Positions 11,169 through 23,463 of a stretch of 42,556 nt of DNA are shown here, in pieces (positions within the stretch are counted from its first letter, which is position 1; each line of letters starts with the position of its first letter). Position numbers and translations under genes: made by a program. This stretch comes from Octopus bimaculoides (Eukaryota): the NCBI RefSeq assembly GCF_001194135.2, contig NC_068999.1:38970376-39012931 (forward strand), read 5' to 3'. Under the pieces are notes generated by a model. The model did no database searches, was not told where the DNA came from, and saw only the letters and a program-made list of their open reading frames with translations.

Positions 11169-12539
11169 GTTTATCTATCTCTGTGTGTGCGTGTGTTTGA
11201 GCGTGTATGTGTGAGCGTGTGTGTGTGTGTGTTTGCTGGTAACTAGTATCCATCAGGCCATGATACAATTGGTTCTTAGGCATTACATGATACAAACCGG
11301 CAGCAAAACTGATGCGAATGAGCAACGAGAAAAAGAAAATCTACTTGACATCTGACCAATCAAGGTTTGAGAAAAAACGTATCTGTCACCAACTGATGCT
11401 TCCAATATACATTTACTTTGAAGAACTCATCAGTTTATTTATAATCGAATGATATTCCACATTAATTACGATGTTGCTTTTTAAGTGGTAGATTGCTTCC
11501 CCTTGCATAGTCAATGCAAATAGATGTATAACATAACACCACATAATATAATATAATGTGATATGATATAATATATTGTAGGAATCTATTGTTTTAATAG
11601 AGTAGATTGTTTTGGCAATAAAGAGAAATCAAAGAGTCCGATGTGAATTTAGTAGTTCAAAGACACAGAGATCTCTCAAGAGCAAGTCCATCTAATTATA
11701 AGTCGTTACTGCTGTTGTTGCTCCGACGCTGCCTGGAGAGATCAAAAATATAATAAAAAGCGTTTGTTCTATTAATATTGAATCTTTTAAGAGTGACATT
11801 ACATTTGATTATCTACTGTATCTTTTCGTTTCTTTATTGACAGTGATGTGTGATTTGAGGCTTGCTTTCAGTGCTGTTTCTCTGTTGTGACCACCATCTA
11901 CAGCTAATTATGTTCTGCAGGCAGCATATATCTCAGCTGTAGGCGGTGGGAGCACTGAAAATATATGGGTGTTTTTGTTTTGTTCTGTATGCTGTGGTGT
12001 TGTAGTTGTTATTTTGCTGTCCTTGTTGTTTGTTGTTTATTTCATTGTTATTGTTCCTTAAACGCTGGTGACATCTCGTTCAGGACACCAACGACCAAAA
12101 TCATTCATATCTGAATTATTGAACCACTTATTGAAATAGATTGTGCCCATCGCTGGAGAAAAAAGATGGTCTCTCTTTAACCCTCTGTCTCTCTGTTCCT
12201 CCTCTCTCTCTCTTTCTATCTGCATATGATATATATATATATATATATAGATATATATAACGCTGGCCCACAGAATCCACTACCTGTATTATATTTAGAT
12301 ACGTTTCATTCCTGATTATATCCAAAGTGTCATTCCTTTTTCCTCTCAATTAGCTAGTGTGTAATTGTAGCTTCTATTTCTCGCAGGTCAACCAACCACA
12401 TGACGGTTTGTGTTTCGTTACAATTATAATGCGAATATATACCTGATACATATGATCATCAATTCCACATGATAATATTCGATTTGAGCGATGGTAATTC
12501 GCCCACCCCCACCACACATGCACACACGCGTGGAAATAG

Positions 12540-12612
12540 TTTGCCTGATGCTATATTAGAAGACGCAGGCAATGAAACTGAACCCGGAACGGCGTGGTTA
12601 TGAAATGAACTT
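12540..12612 (-). mobile_element. Family-A SINE head fragment
   Basis: Reverse complement TAACCACGCCGTTCCGGGTTCAGTTTC...CTTCTAATATAGCATCAGGC aligns with the 2711 copy. Confidence 0.5.
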
Positions 12613-13778
12613 AATTCTTCTCATGGCACAATTTTTTTTTATTATGACTACACGGACAAATAAAGTAAATTAATCGGTTCACAGTTCATAGAAGACTTGA
12701 TTGCGCGAAAGTCAGAGGTGAGAGAAGTATGGAAGGTGGACAGTGGGAAGACGAGAGATGGGGTGGTAGCGGTGAAGGATGAGCCTTTTATGAAGAAAGT
12801 ATGCGTGCGAGTTGATAACAGACGGCAGAGGTCGCCGTCGTCGTAGTTGCAGCAGTATTAGTAGAGATAAGTTATAGGAAACACGATGTCTGTTGGACAT
12901 TCATAAATATCAATGCGTACAATATAACTTTAAAAAGAAGAAACGTTTTTATAAAGGACGAAATTGTAGTTCATTATATAAATTCATAACAAGAAACCCC
13001 GTGCAAAATTGATTTTCATTCGTTTCATATTTGTTTCATATCCAGAAATTTTATTCATTGAACAAAGAATAACCAGTCTAATATCATTTCATACGATTTC
13101 CTCTGGATATAATATGACATCCGGTGAAAAGGTTCTTTATTGAATATGTTTATTTGTATTTCTATCAAAAGAAGCAAAGCTGGGATTGTTTTTTTTTCCC
13201 TCCTCACACACCGCATTCCTTTGACCGTAGTAAATTCAATCATATTATCTGGTTAAGTTTATAAAGATAGCCGATATTGTATGACTGTCTTGATGTGCTG
13301 AAGTTTACAATAGGTCGGTAATAGAGAGTTCACTGTGAAATTAGGTTAAAAACTAATTTAGAAACGTTATTAAAATACAAACAAACAATTATTAATGAAT
13401 ATATTTGTTTATAAATAAGTAAAATAATGGGGAAATATGAAAATAAAAATTGAATGTAACAAAGCAAATTGGCAGGAATGAAGCAGACCGTTCACACGCG
13501 CACACACAAATACACACATATTTGTGTATGCATACAAGTATGCATGTATATATACCCCTGTCTCTGTATAAATAAATATAATCTCATGAAGGTTAGTAAA
13601 CCAATATTCGAAGGCACACTCAAATTTTTCCTTGTGAAAGTTTATGATCCCTAGCTAAATGTATGGAGTAATTCTCAGTTTAATGTTAAATTGTTTTTAT
13701 TTAGAACTTGACATAAAAAAATCAGACGTTTCTATCCATCCACCTAGTCGTCTATCTGTCTATCTATCTATCTATCTG

Positions 13779-13821
<43 letters not shown>

Positions 13822-14699
13822 CTGCTCTGTCTGTCTCTCTGTGCGTTCCTCTCTCTATATACATACGTGCACACACAGGCACACATACACACACACTAAT
13901 TATCTAAACCAGCATTTTTGTGTGGGGTTCATCCCGGATTACCCTAAGTGGACTGCCCCTCTATTGAGGATTCTATCTATTTATTTATTGTTCTTTCTTT
14001 CTCTACCTTTATATCCTTTAATATGGTAGTATCTCCCCTTCATTGATGTTCACTCCACATACTTTTTGCAATCTTTTTTGTGCTGTAACTTGTCCTTCGA
14101 TATTGTCTTCAATGTCTGGGGCCCTTGTAGCTGAAAAATAAAATAAAAATAATAATAATAATTATTATTATTATTACAAAAATAATCTTCGGCATTATTG
14201 TTAGATTCATTAACATCATCAACAACAATATCTTCGAAGCCATCATAATCATCATTAACAGGTTTGTTAAGCGTTCAGTTTTTCTATTTAAAATTGCCTG
14301 AAGATAAACGGTATGGAATTAAAATAAATTAGAAATTGCTGGTAACCGAAGGTGATTTGACGTCCACTTGTGATATATAGCGCTGCATTATTCCTGATAA
14401 TTAGTGTAATCCCAATTATTCTGTTATCAAGAAGCCATATAGTCAATAATCTGATGAGGTGAACTACTTCGCCATATTTGGATACATTCATCTTTAATTG
14501 CAATGAAATTCTTTAATAATGGCGTTTCCAAGAAAACATAATTATAATGATAACAGAAATGATAAAAACGACGAACATGGAAAAAGTAATAGCAATAATA
14601 ATAATAATAATAATAATAATTGAGAGGAATTTTTTGTGGTTTGAATAATTTATTCCTGGACACATGGGGCTTTCGTTTATCATCCATAAACTACCATTA

Positions 14700-14905
14700 T
14701 TCAAGGAGCTTTTGAGCAGGATGTGCTACTCGACATGAAGAAAATTCTAACTGGGCTCACCTGCAAGGTCATGCACTGTTTATGTTGATATGAGATCACC
14801 ATATTGCACAGGTATGTTTGCGATGTATGTCCCCGGCGTGCCCTTATCAGTTGGGTATTCATGATGGCATATTGGGCTCCGTATATTTGTATCCCAGCGT
14901 CATTT
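14700..14905. repeat. Probable dispersed retroelement-derived repeat
   Basis: Non-coding, relatively GC-rich block between an (AAT)n tract and a SINE. I recall it as a common octopus interspersed repeat, but there is no second copy in this window to confirm. Confidence 0.3.
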
Positions 14906-14910
14906 ATAAT

Positions 14911-15127
14911 AATCTTTTCTGATATAGGCACAACGCCTAAAATTTTTGGGGAGGGGACCAGTCGATTACATCGACTCCAGTGTTTCACTAGTACTTAATT
15001 TATCGACCCCGAAAGGATGAAAGTCAAAGTCGATGTCGGCGGAATTTGAACCCAGAACGTAGCGACAGGTGAAATACCGCTAAGCATTTTGCTCGACGTG
15101 CTAACGGTTCTTCCAGCTCACCACCTT
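14911..15127 (-). mobile_element. Family-B tRNA-derived SINE, full length
   Basis: Minus strand reads GGTGGTGAGCTGGAAGAACCGTTAGCACG...GGGTTCAAATTCC (B box)...CTTTCATCCTTTCGGGGTCGATAAATTAAGTAC...AGAAAAGATTATT. Homologous to the copies at 21360, 25278 and 38015. Confidence 0.9.
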
Positions 15128-15149
15128 AATAATAATGACAATAATAATG

Positions 15150-15180
<31 letters not shown>

Positions 15181-15729
15181 AGATGATGACGTTTTTACGT
15201 AAAAGAGTGTAGTCTGTCTGTCTGTCTGTCTCCCTTCCTCCCTCTCTCTCTCTGTTTGTCTGTCTGCTTGTCTATTTATCTATCCGTCTATCTATCTATC
15301 TACCGATCTGTCTATCTTTCTATCTATTTTGTCTGTCTGTCTCCCTTCGTAAATATATGTCTGTCTGTATGTATGTATGTACGCGTGTATACTGTCTATA
15401 ATGTCTAAAACTAAGATTCACTAATCTAAACTTATTCCATTTAAAATAAAAATGCAATGTCTGAATACATTTTTCTGTAATGGTTTTTAATAATAGCATA
15501 CATCAAAACAACAAGCATTACAAGAAATAACATTTTTTATGTACGATTACTATGACTGCTGTTACTATTAGTGCTGCGGCAGACGCATATCAACGAGAAT
15601 TGGTCTTTGCCCCCTACAACTGAATTTCGCTGTTGGTCTGTCATAAAATTATTCATAAAAAAAAAACGCATTATAGTCTGCATGCTGTGCATTTCAGAGT
15701 AGCTTCGTATTGCCCACATATTACTAATG

Positions 15730-16560
15730 TAAAGTATTCATATGTTACACTGCTACCACAATCACCACCACTTTTATCAACATTACAACCACTACTACTA
15801 TTACTATTTCACTACAATTACTATTAATACTACTATTATTTCTATTACGAGCTACACCTACCTAAAACTTCGCGACAAGGAAATTATACGTGACATAATT
15901 TTCAACTGCACTAATATCAACCACCACCATCCAAACTGCAGCCAACCCTACTTCCACCTGTACCACTAGATTACTAATACCACCACTACAGTAGCTACCA
16001 CCTACACCATCCCTACAGATATTCAAGGTGACCATTGCTCTTAAAATGTTATCAATGGGAAATAAATCTCCCTCAAATTTCACTGTACCATCTTCAAGTT
16101 AATCCCAAAGAACAACTTAATACAGACCGTTACAATGAAAACCGACGGTACCGGCAGGGTGAGTTAGGACGTTCCATCTGGGCTGACCTGTGGTTAATGA
16201 ACAATATCAACCATCATGTTTTTTGTCTTCAGATAAGAGCGTTAGTCTTGTTTCAATAACTATATTATTAGTCCGTGTCTCTACTCATTAGGCCTGCTGT
16301 TCTGGAATTAATACCAGTGCAGATCTCAGCTCCAGTACCACTGCCATATGAGTAAAAGCGTTTGGCCATTCCACCTTCTTTTAATGAGAAGAGGAAATAG
16401 AATTTGTACATCCATAAAATGTGTCTACAGTCATCATATCGAACAAGTTTTAGCTTCATGTTTTGAAACCTGCCATTACCCACCACGTTTTAGTCCAAGC
16501 AGATCCGCTCATCATTCGAAGAGGATTGATGTCACTTTGACAATCACTGCATCAAGTAAC
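15730..16560 (+). pseudogene. Probable decayed coding relic: Thr-rich mucin-like segment followed by an F5/8 type C (discoidin)-like domain
   Basis: Thr-rich ACN triplets run from 15730 to 16025. Then, in the correct order but with stops and frameshifts: C at 16036; QIS/SSS; IWA (W at 16179); VNEQYQ (16193); LQI; VRVSTH (TQG-like); *VKAF (16349, WV-F); SFNEKRK* (YSxDGxxW-like); YRTS; HVLKPAIT; RF; RIDV; ITASS. Manual threading only. Confidence 0.45.
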
Positions 16561-16644
16561 ATTGTTTTATTCCATGTTTAATAAAGAAAAGAACAACTAA
16601 AAGAAACGATGGCCACAATCACAGATTATAAGAATGATTAGCTT

Positions 16645-16780
16645 TTGGGAGTTCATTTAGTAACCACGTTGTTCCAGGTACAGTCCTATGGCGCGGCACC
16701 ATGGGCAAGTGCCTTCTTTTGTAGCATCGGGTTGACTTGTGCTTTGCGAGTGAATTTGATAGGAAACTGTGTGGAATCTC

Positions 16781-16833
<53 letters not shown>

Positions 16834-16946
16834 CTTTTGTGTGTTTGTTTCTCCCCACCGCTTGACAATCGGTGATGGTTCGATTACGCCTCCGAGGTTT
16901 TCGGCAAAAGTAACCAACAGAATGAATGCCAGGTTTTTAAAATAAA
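16645..16946 (+). mobile_element. Family-A CORE-type SINE, diverged, with internal (TA)n expansion
   Basis: GGCACCATGGGCAAGTGCC (CORE-like), internal TA run at about 16783-16832, CCACCGCTTGACAATCGGTG and TTCGGCAAAAG, all colinear with the 2711 and 22021 copies. Confidence 0.75.
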
Positions 16947-17764
16947 ATTACTTCAAAAAAAATAACGGGTAGGGTTGTCCATTTACCCGCGTGAACTCTT
17001 CAAGGCGTTGTCTCAGCCTGTCTGCAATCCATTGACCGAAACAAGCAAAACCGTGAGTGAAAATGTATATGATCGACCACGATTGATCCTGCACTAAACA
17101 ACAACAACAACAACAACAACAGCAACCAATCAATGTTCTTGTATGTTACATCAAATGTTTTTTCCCCCACTTGAAACAAAGCTAAAAGTTGTTAATTGTT
17201 GTGTTGTTTATTTGTGAAAAAACTTGCCACTTAGCTTTCAAATTAAATGCATTGATATAAAACACAAAATTATCATAACACCACATTCTGATCAGTGACG
17301 ATTTGCATATATTTCTGTTATGTCACAATTTTATCTACATTTATTTATGCTTTAACGGCCGTTTTGTATATCTTTTGTCATTATTGTGTGTTTGCTTGCT
17401 TGTGTATTGCGGTTGGGCGTCTTTATGTACTATTTCGTAATGCAAATATATTTTATCGTCATATTAAGTTTTCAGATATTTGATGGTCACATGCCGTTAA
17501 TCCATACTAAAAATTATATACACTTACAATTTGAACAGATTATATATTTAATGTTGTAGTACACACACAAACGCAAATATAAACACACGTCAACACATAC
17601 ATATATCATTTTGAGACATATTGACACACATAGCTCCCTATACATTCATGCACGCACACACAAACAATCCCTGAATCAATCAGTCAATCAATCGATGAAT
17701 AAACAAATCAATCAATCAATCAATCAATCAATTAACCACTCAATGAATCAATTAATCAATTTAT

Positions 17765-17853
17765 GTATCTATCTCTCCGTTTGAATGTCTGTTTATCTAA
17801 ATATCTATCTATATTTCTATCTCTCTATCGAGATCTTCCTACCTATCAACCCG

Positions 17854-17918
<65 letters not shown>

Positions 17919-18070
17919 TTGTCTACCTATCTATCTATCTATATATATATATATATATATTTGCCTGTCTCTCTGTCTACCTATCTCTTTCTCTCTATCA
18001 GTCTATCTATTTATCTGTCAGTCTGTCTGTCTCTCTCTCTCTCTATCTACTAAACTGTCCATCTATCTAT
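17765..18070. repeat. (TATC)n / (TA)n / (TC)n compound microsatellite
   Basis: Seen directly. It gives the YLSI/IYLS pseudo-ORFs. Confidence 0.95.
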
Positions 18071-18711
18071 TTCCCCACCTCTCTCTTTCTCTCTGTCTTT
18101 CCTCACATACACACGTGCACCTATCTCTAAATATATTTATGTTTCTACATGCATGCAGTTGCATATATAAAACAGACACACTTATGTATGTATAGGTGCA
18201 TGCATGCCTTCGTCTATGCATGATCATATGCAGCTGCAACATAACCGAATGATTAAGATGTACACATGGTGGTAGTATTACCCCGGGTCGATCCCCATGC
18301 GTAACATCTCGTGCAAATATCATTTTTATAATCTGGAATCGGCCTACAGCGTGTGAGTGGTATATTCCATTATATATCAGTCTGATATAGAGTGAAATAT
18401 CAGTGTAGCTTCCATTCTCGTGCTCAAAGTCATCTTGTTGTAATGTTAAATGGGGGGACAAAAATCAATGTATTTCCTATACGGCTAGCGACAGCAAGTC
18501 GAGAATAAATAGCCAAACGTAAAACAAAATATTTCTACAATTTTTACGATTTTATAGTTATTTCGCTTTGCATCTGGAGTTCAAACCTCGCCGCAATCTA
18601 CGTGGATGATATTCTGAATCAATCGTCAATTTCAGTTTTTTAACCTGACACTATGGCCTCCTTTAACGGACTCCATTATGTTGCAATCAGTCGAGTCAGG
18701 TCATGGGATTC

Positions 18712-18742
<31 letters not shown>

Positions 18743-18877
18743 AGTGGTGGAGGATGATCCCTTTAGAAGTTATGTGTTTCTGTTGCGTCATACCTGTATT
18801 CAGACAAACCTACACACATATACACTCACATACATATGTATATGTACGTACGTATATATATATATATATATATATAT

Positions 18878-19357
18878 NNNNNNNNNNNNNNNNNNNNNNN
18901 NNNNNNNNNNNNNNNNNNNNNNNNNNNNNNNNNNNNNNNNNNNNNNNNNNNNNNNNNNNNNNNNNNNNNNNNNNNNNNNNNNNNNNNNNNNNNNNNNNNN
19001 NNNNNNNNNNNNNNNNNNNNNNNNNNNNNNNNNNNNNNNNNNNNNNNNNNNNNNNNNNNNNNNNNNNNNNNNNNNNNNNNNNNNNNNNNNNNNNNNNNNN
19101 NNNNNNNNNNNNNNNNNNNNNNNNNNNNNNNNNNNNNNNNNNNNNNNNNNNNNNNNNNNNNNNNNNNNNNNNNNNNNNNNNNNNNNNNNNNNNNNNNNNN
19201 NNNNNNNNNNNNNNNNNNNNNNNNNNNNNNNNNNNNNNNNNNNNNNNNNNNNNNNNNNNNNNNNNNNNNNNNNNNNNNNNNNNNNNNNNNNNNNNNNNNN
19301 NNNNNNNNNNNNNNNNNNNNNNNNNNNNNNNNNNNNNNNNNNNNNNNNNNNNNNNNN
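18878..19357. other. Assembly gap (480 N)
   Basis: Run of N between (TA)n arrays. Confidence 0.99.
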
Positions 19358-19414
<57 letters not shown>

Positions 19415-20409
19415 GTATGCATGTGTGAATGTATGTATGCGTCTGTGAATTTTTATGTATATACATACACATACCGCTTATGCAGATATATATATATGCA
19501 AATATATGTGTATGTATGCATGTATGTATATATATGTATGTGTTTAAGTTTTTATGGATGTATGTATGTTTACGTATGTATATTAATTGTTTTGCTAAGC
19601 TCATATTTCCTTGTGTACTCATCCATGAAATCTGTCTTCTTATATTTCAATAAATTCCATTCGCAATTTCCTTTTCCAATTCAAGCCATCTCATACTATT
19701 ACAGAATTCATTTTTCATACATTATTATTGTTTTTTCTTAATATCACTAATAAATCAAATATATATACATATAAAAATTATCAAATAAAGTATCGAAATA
19801 ATGGTTTAAAAAGAATTCCAAAATACAGACATTGTAATTCATTCAGGTTCAGAAGATCTACGGGAAAAACAGCAGCGGAATTTTACAAATAGCAAGATTA
19901 AAAAGATAACTACATTAATAATAATACTGATGACGACAATAATAATAATGATAATAATAATAATAATAATAATAATATAAACAGATTAATCTGAAGGCAT
20001 TATAAGGGGAGGATTAGCTGATTAGGAATAATTCTAAGAAGAATAATTGCTCTTCGAACATGACTGGTTTATGAAAAGCAATTCTTTGAATGGATTGGAA
20101 TTCAATTAGAAACCTTCCAAATCTTAAGAAATTTCCAATATTTGTAGGCATCAAGTTTTTATAAATATCATTGATGAAAAAAATTTACTCAGAATAAAAG
20201 GTAAAATATTCCTATATACAGATGTTTGTATATCAGTTTATACAAACACGCACACACACACACACACACACACATATATGCATAAAAATGCACAATATAT
20301 GTACGTATACAAACATATATGTATAACATATATAAATGTATGCACACAAGCACAGAGTGAGGAATACATGCACATGCGCGCGTAGACACATATACTCACA
20401 GATACACAG

Positions 20410-20455
<46 letters not shown>

Positions 20456-20531
20456 ATGGTCTATGATTGCTAAAATTTCTCAGATATTTGTCAATTTGCA
20501 AATTCTACTGTTAAAAGTTTGAATGATGATG

Positions 20532-20573
<42 letters not shown>

Positions 20574-21359
20574 GAATATTTTTTTGTAATAACCAATGAT
20601 GTATTTCTTGTAGTTACCTTGAACATTAATAGAGCATGTTGTTGCTACATATGTGTCGAACATAATGTACTTAGAAACGTAGAATTTATCTACTTAGATG
20701 CCAACTGCAGAATTCTATAGAAACATATTCCGCAATATTTAAATGAAGAATAAAACGGAGAAAATAAAAACAAAACAAAAAAAAAGAGAAAAAGAAATGG
20801 CCCCTTAAAAGAAAACAACATAGAATAACATGAAATTCATAGGAAGAACACAAAATCTAAACGAAAATAAGAAAACTACATCATGAACCATATATTGATA
20901 ATGTTATATAGTTCCATTGTAGAGATAAATGCTTAAAAGGAGAAAAAGGAAGAACGAAGTGCAATTATGTGCACTTTAAAGACCAAATATATTTCTGTTC
21001 TTTTAAAAGATAAATAATCTCATTTACATGTCAAGACATCTATATAGGTATTATTTGTGGTATTTATGTTCGGTATTGTATTTTTGTTTTTATGTTCGGG
21101 CTTTGTTTTTGTTTGGGTTACCTTATGTTTTGCTATTTTTTTATGTTCTTCGAAATTGTATCAGGGTTTATGAAGAAATCTTTTAAGAACTTAGAAATCA
21201 TAAGTGAGGACAAAGGAGAAATGAGGATAAAATACACAAATGGCAGAGCGAACAACAAATCTGGAGAGCGATAATGGTGTTTAATGAAGGAGAGCAATGC
21301 AATATTCATTATAAATTTGGCAGCATCATGTACAGATGTGTGTGTTTGAGTGTATGTGT

Positions 21360-21541
21360 TATTTCTGTACTACCCACAAGGGGCTACACACAGAGGGGAC
21401 AAACAAGGACAGACAAACGGATTAAGTCGATTATATCGACCTCAGTGCGTAACTGGTACTTATTCAATCGACCCCGAAAGGATGAAAGGCAAAGTCGACC
21501 TCGGCGGAATTTGAACTCAGAACGTAGTAGCAGACGAAATA
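21360..21541 (-). mobile_element. Family-B SINE, little diverged, 5' head lost in the gap
   Basis: ATCGACCCCGAAAGGATGAAAGGCAAAGTCGACCTCGGCGGAATTTGAACTCAGAACG on the plus strand is an intact B box and body on the minus strand. The tail differs from the 14911 and 25278 copies. Confidence 0.9.
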
Positions 21542-21706
21542 NNNNNNNNNNNNNNNNNNNNNNNNNNNNNNNNNNNNNNNNNNNNNNNNNNNNNNNNNNN
21601 NNNNNNNNNNNNNNNNNNNNNNNNNNNNNNNNNNNNNNNNNNNNNNNNNNNNNNNNNNNNNNNNNNNNNNNNNNNNNNNNNNNNNNNNNNNNNNNNNNNN
21701 NNNNNN
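21542..21706. other. Assembly gap (165 N)
   Basis: Run of N. Confidence 0.99.
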
Positions 21707-22020
21707 TATATATATATATATATATATGAATAACAGGTCAGGAAGCTCCTGCTACTAGAACCATGTAACTCTATTCAACCCGTTTCTTGGTCGGGTAGTC
21801 GACAGCTAAACCACTCTTGCCCACCCCCAACCCCATTTGCCAAGTGAGGATTAGAAACAGGACTTTTGCAGGGACAGATGAGCACATTACGAGCCAACGG
21901 TCATCCATACGAGTAGCGTGTGGTAAAAAACATCCTCTGCACGTAAGGCTGGTAACTGAGCAGTTCATCCTAGACTGTAGCCATTAAGAGTCGACTGGAA
22001 AAACTGACTCTACTCTCGAG

Positions 22021-22273
22021 TTGGAATCATTTGACTGCAGCCATGCTGGAGTACCACCTCAATGGGTTTTAGTCGAAGAAATCAACCTCAGACCTTATTC
22101 TTTGTAAGCCTAGTACTACATTCTATCGGTCTCTTTTGACGAACCGCCAGTCACGGGGACGTGAATACTCCAACTACGGTTGTCAAGCAATAGTGACTGA
22201 ACAAACACAAACACAAAGGCGCGCGCGCGCACTCACACAAACACACACACACACATTTAAATACGACGCGCTT
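22021..22273 (-). mobile_element. Family-A SINE, 3' half including the complete tail
   Basis: Minus strand reads TTGCTTGACAACCGTAG...CGTCCCCGTGAC...GGTTCGTCAAAAGAGACCGATAGAATGTAGTACTAGGCTTACAAAGAATAAG...GGTGGTACTCCAGCATGGCTGCAGTCAAATGA. Colinear with 2920-3015. Confidence 0.85.
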
Positions 22274-23463
22274 ATATATGCTTGTGTGTGTACAATCCCT
22301 CTCTCTCTATCTCTCCCGTTATCCATCTCTCTTTCTTTCCCTCTCTCACACATATATACAGATATAACCATACTCACATTTATTGTGTATATGCAAAAAC
22401 ACATACATCGTTTATTCTTTGTGATTGAAATAAGCATGCGTACGTTGTTATTTCTTCCTCTCTTTCCCAAGTAACAACAGGTTCGAGGTTTTAAACGACT
22501 TTGGATTTCTAGATGAAAAACCTCATCCTTAGAAGGGAATGTATTTTTAAATAGCTAACCTTGCACTAAGTAGCAATCACTTCCACTGCCGTCTACATAA
22601 ATATATTAAACACCCCCCACACCCCACACACAAACAACACACCTATATACATGCGTACATACACGCCCATTCATACACACACACATATATATGTATGTAT
22701 GTATATATGTATTATGTATATATGTATGTATGTATATATGTATATACTTTGTGTATTTTCAACGGTATTTGGGAAAGGAAAAAATATTGTGAGACAAAAC
22801 AAGACAAAAATTACACCAGCAGTAAGAAAGATTTGGACTCTTTCCAAGAATAATTTTTCAAAACATTTCCTAAATATTATTTTTGCGTCAGCAATAAATT
22901 GATGCAAAAGCATATTTAATGGAATATTTTTGTTATATTTATATAGAAATGCTCCGAATATTTTACTTTGGATTCTGAGTATTGTTGCATTTTGTGTTAT
23001 ACAATGTATATTTGATTTTTCTTTTCATTCTGTTTATTTTTCTTGTTTGTTAATGTGTTTGAATTGAAAAGCATATGTGCTCCATTTTATCTGTTTCAAT
23101 GGTTTGATATTCATATTTAGTATATTTACATATTACAGCAAACAGTACAAGTATATATGCGTTTATAAAAAACAAACAGAAAACAAACCCAAAGAAATTG
23201 AAAAAAGAAAACCTAACAGAATATTACCATTATTCCGTTATTCCTCTTTGCCAAATAACGACAGGTGTTAAGGTTAACAAACTTTCCGGTTTTGCACTAT
23301 TTTGCACTTTACGGTTTTGCACTTAGAAGTTCAAATATTTTCAAAAAGTATATTTGTACTTAGTTTCGATTTATTAACCAATGCCTCCTCCTATTTATTG
23401 GTCAAACAGTCTTTGGTTTAATTATATGATGTCAGATAATTCCAGTTGCCTTATATTCGCTTA

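Noticed and set aside
16973-17052. Possible micro-exons on either strand (LSIYPRELFKALSQPVCNPLTETSKT; DRLRQRLEEFTR)
   Set aside because: Both strands give equally plausible peptides with only one good splice site each, as expected by chance.
18063-18461. 132-aa minus-strand ORF with a protein-like first half; CUB-like YYPGSIPMRNISCKYHF on the plus strand
   Set aside because: No recognisable domain on the minus strand and the second half is microsatellite. The plus-strand motif is preceded by an in-frame stop with no usable acceptor.
21730-21975. GC-richer block resembling an RTE 5' UTR on the minus strand
   Set aside because: Only a vague resemblance, with no linked ORF or second copy in the window.
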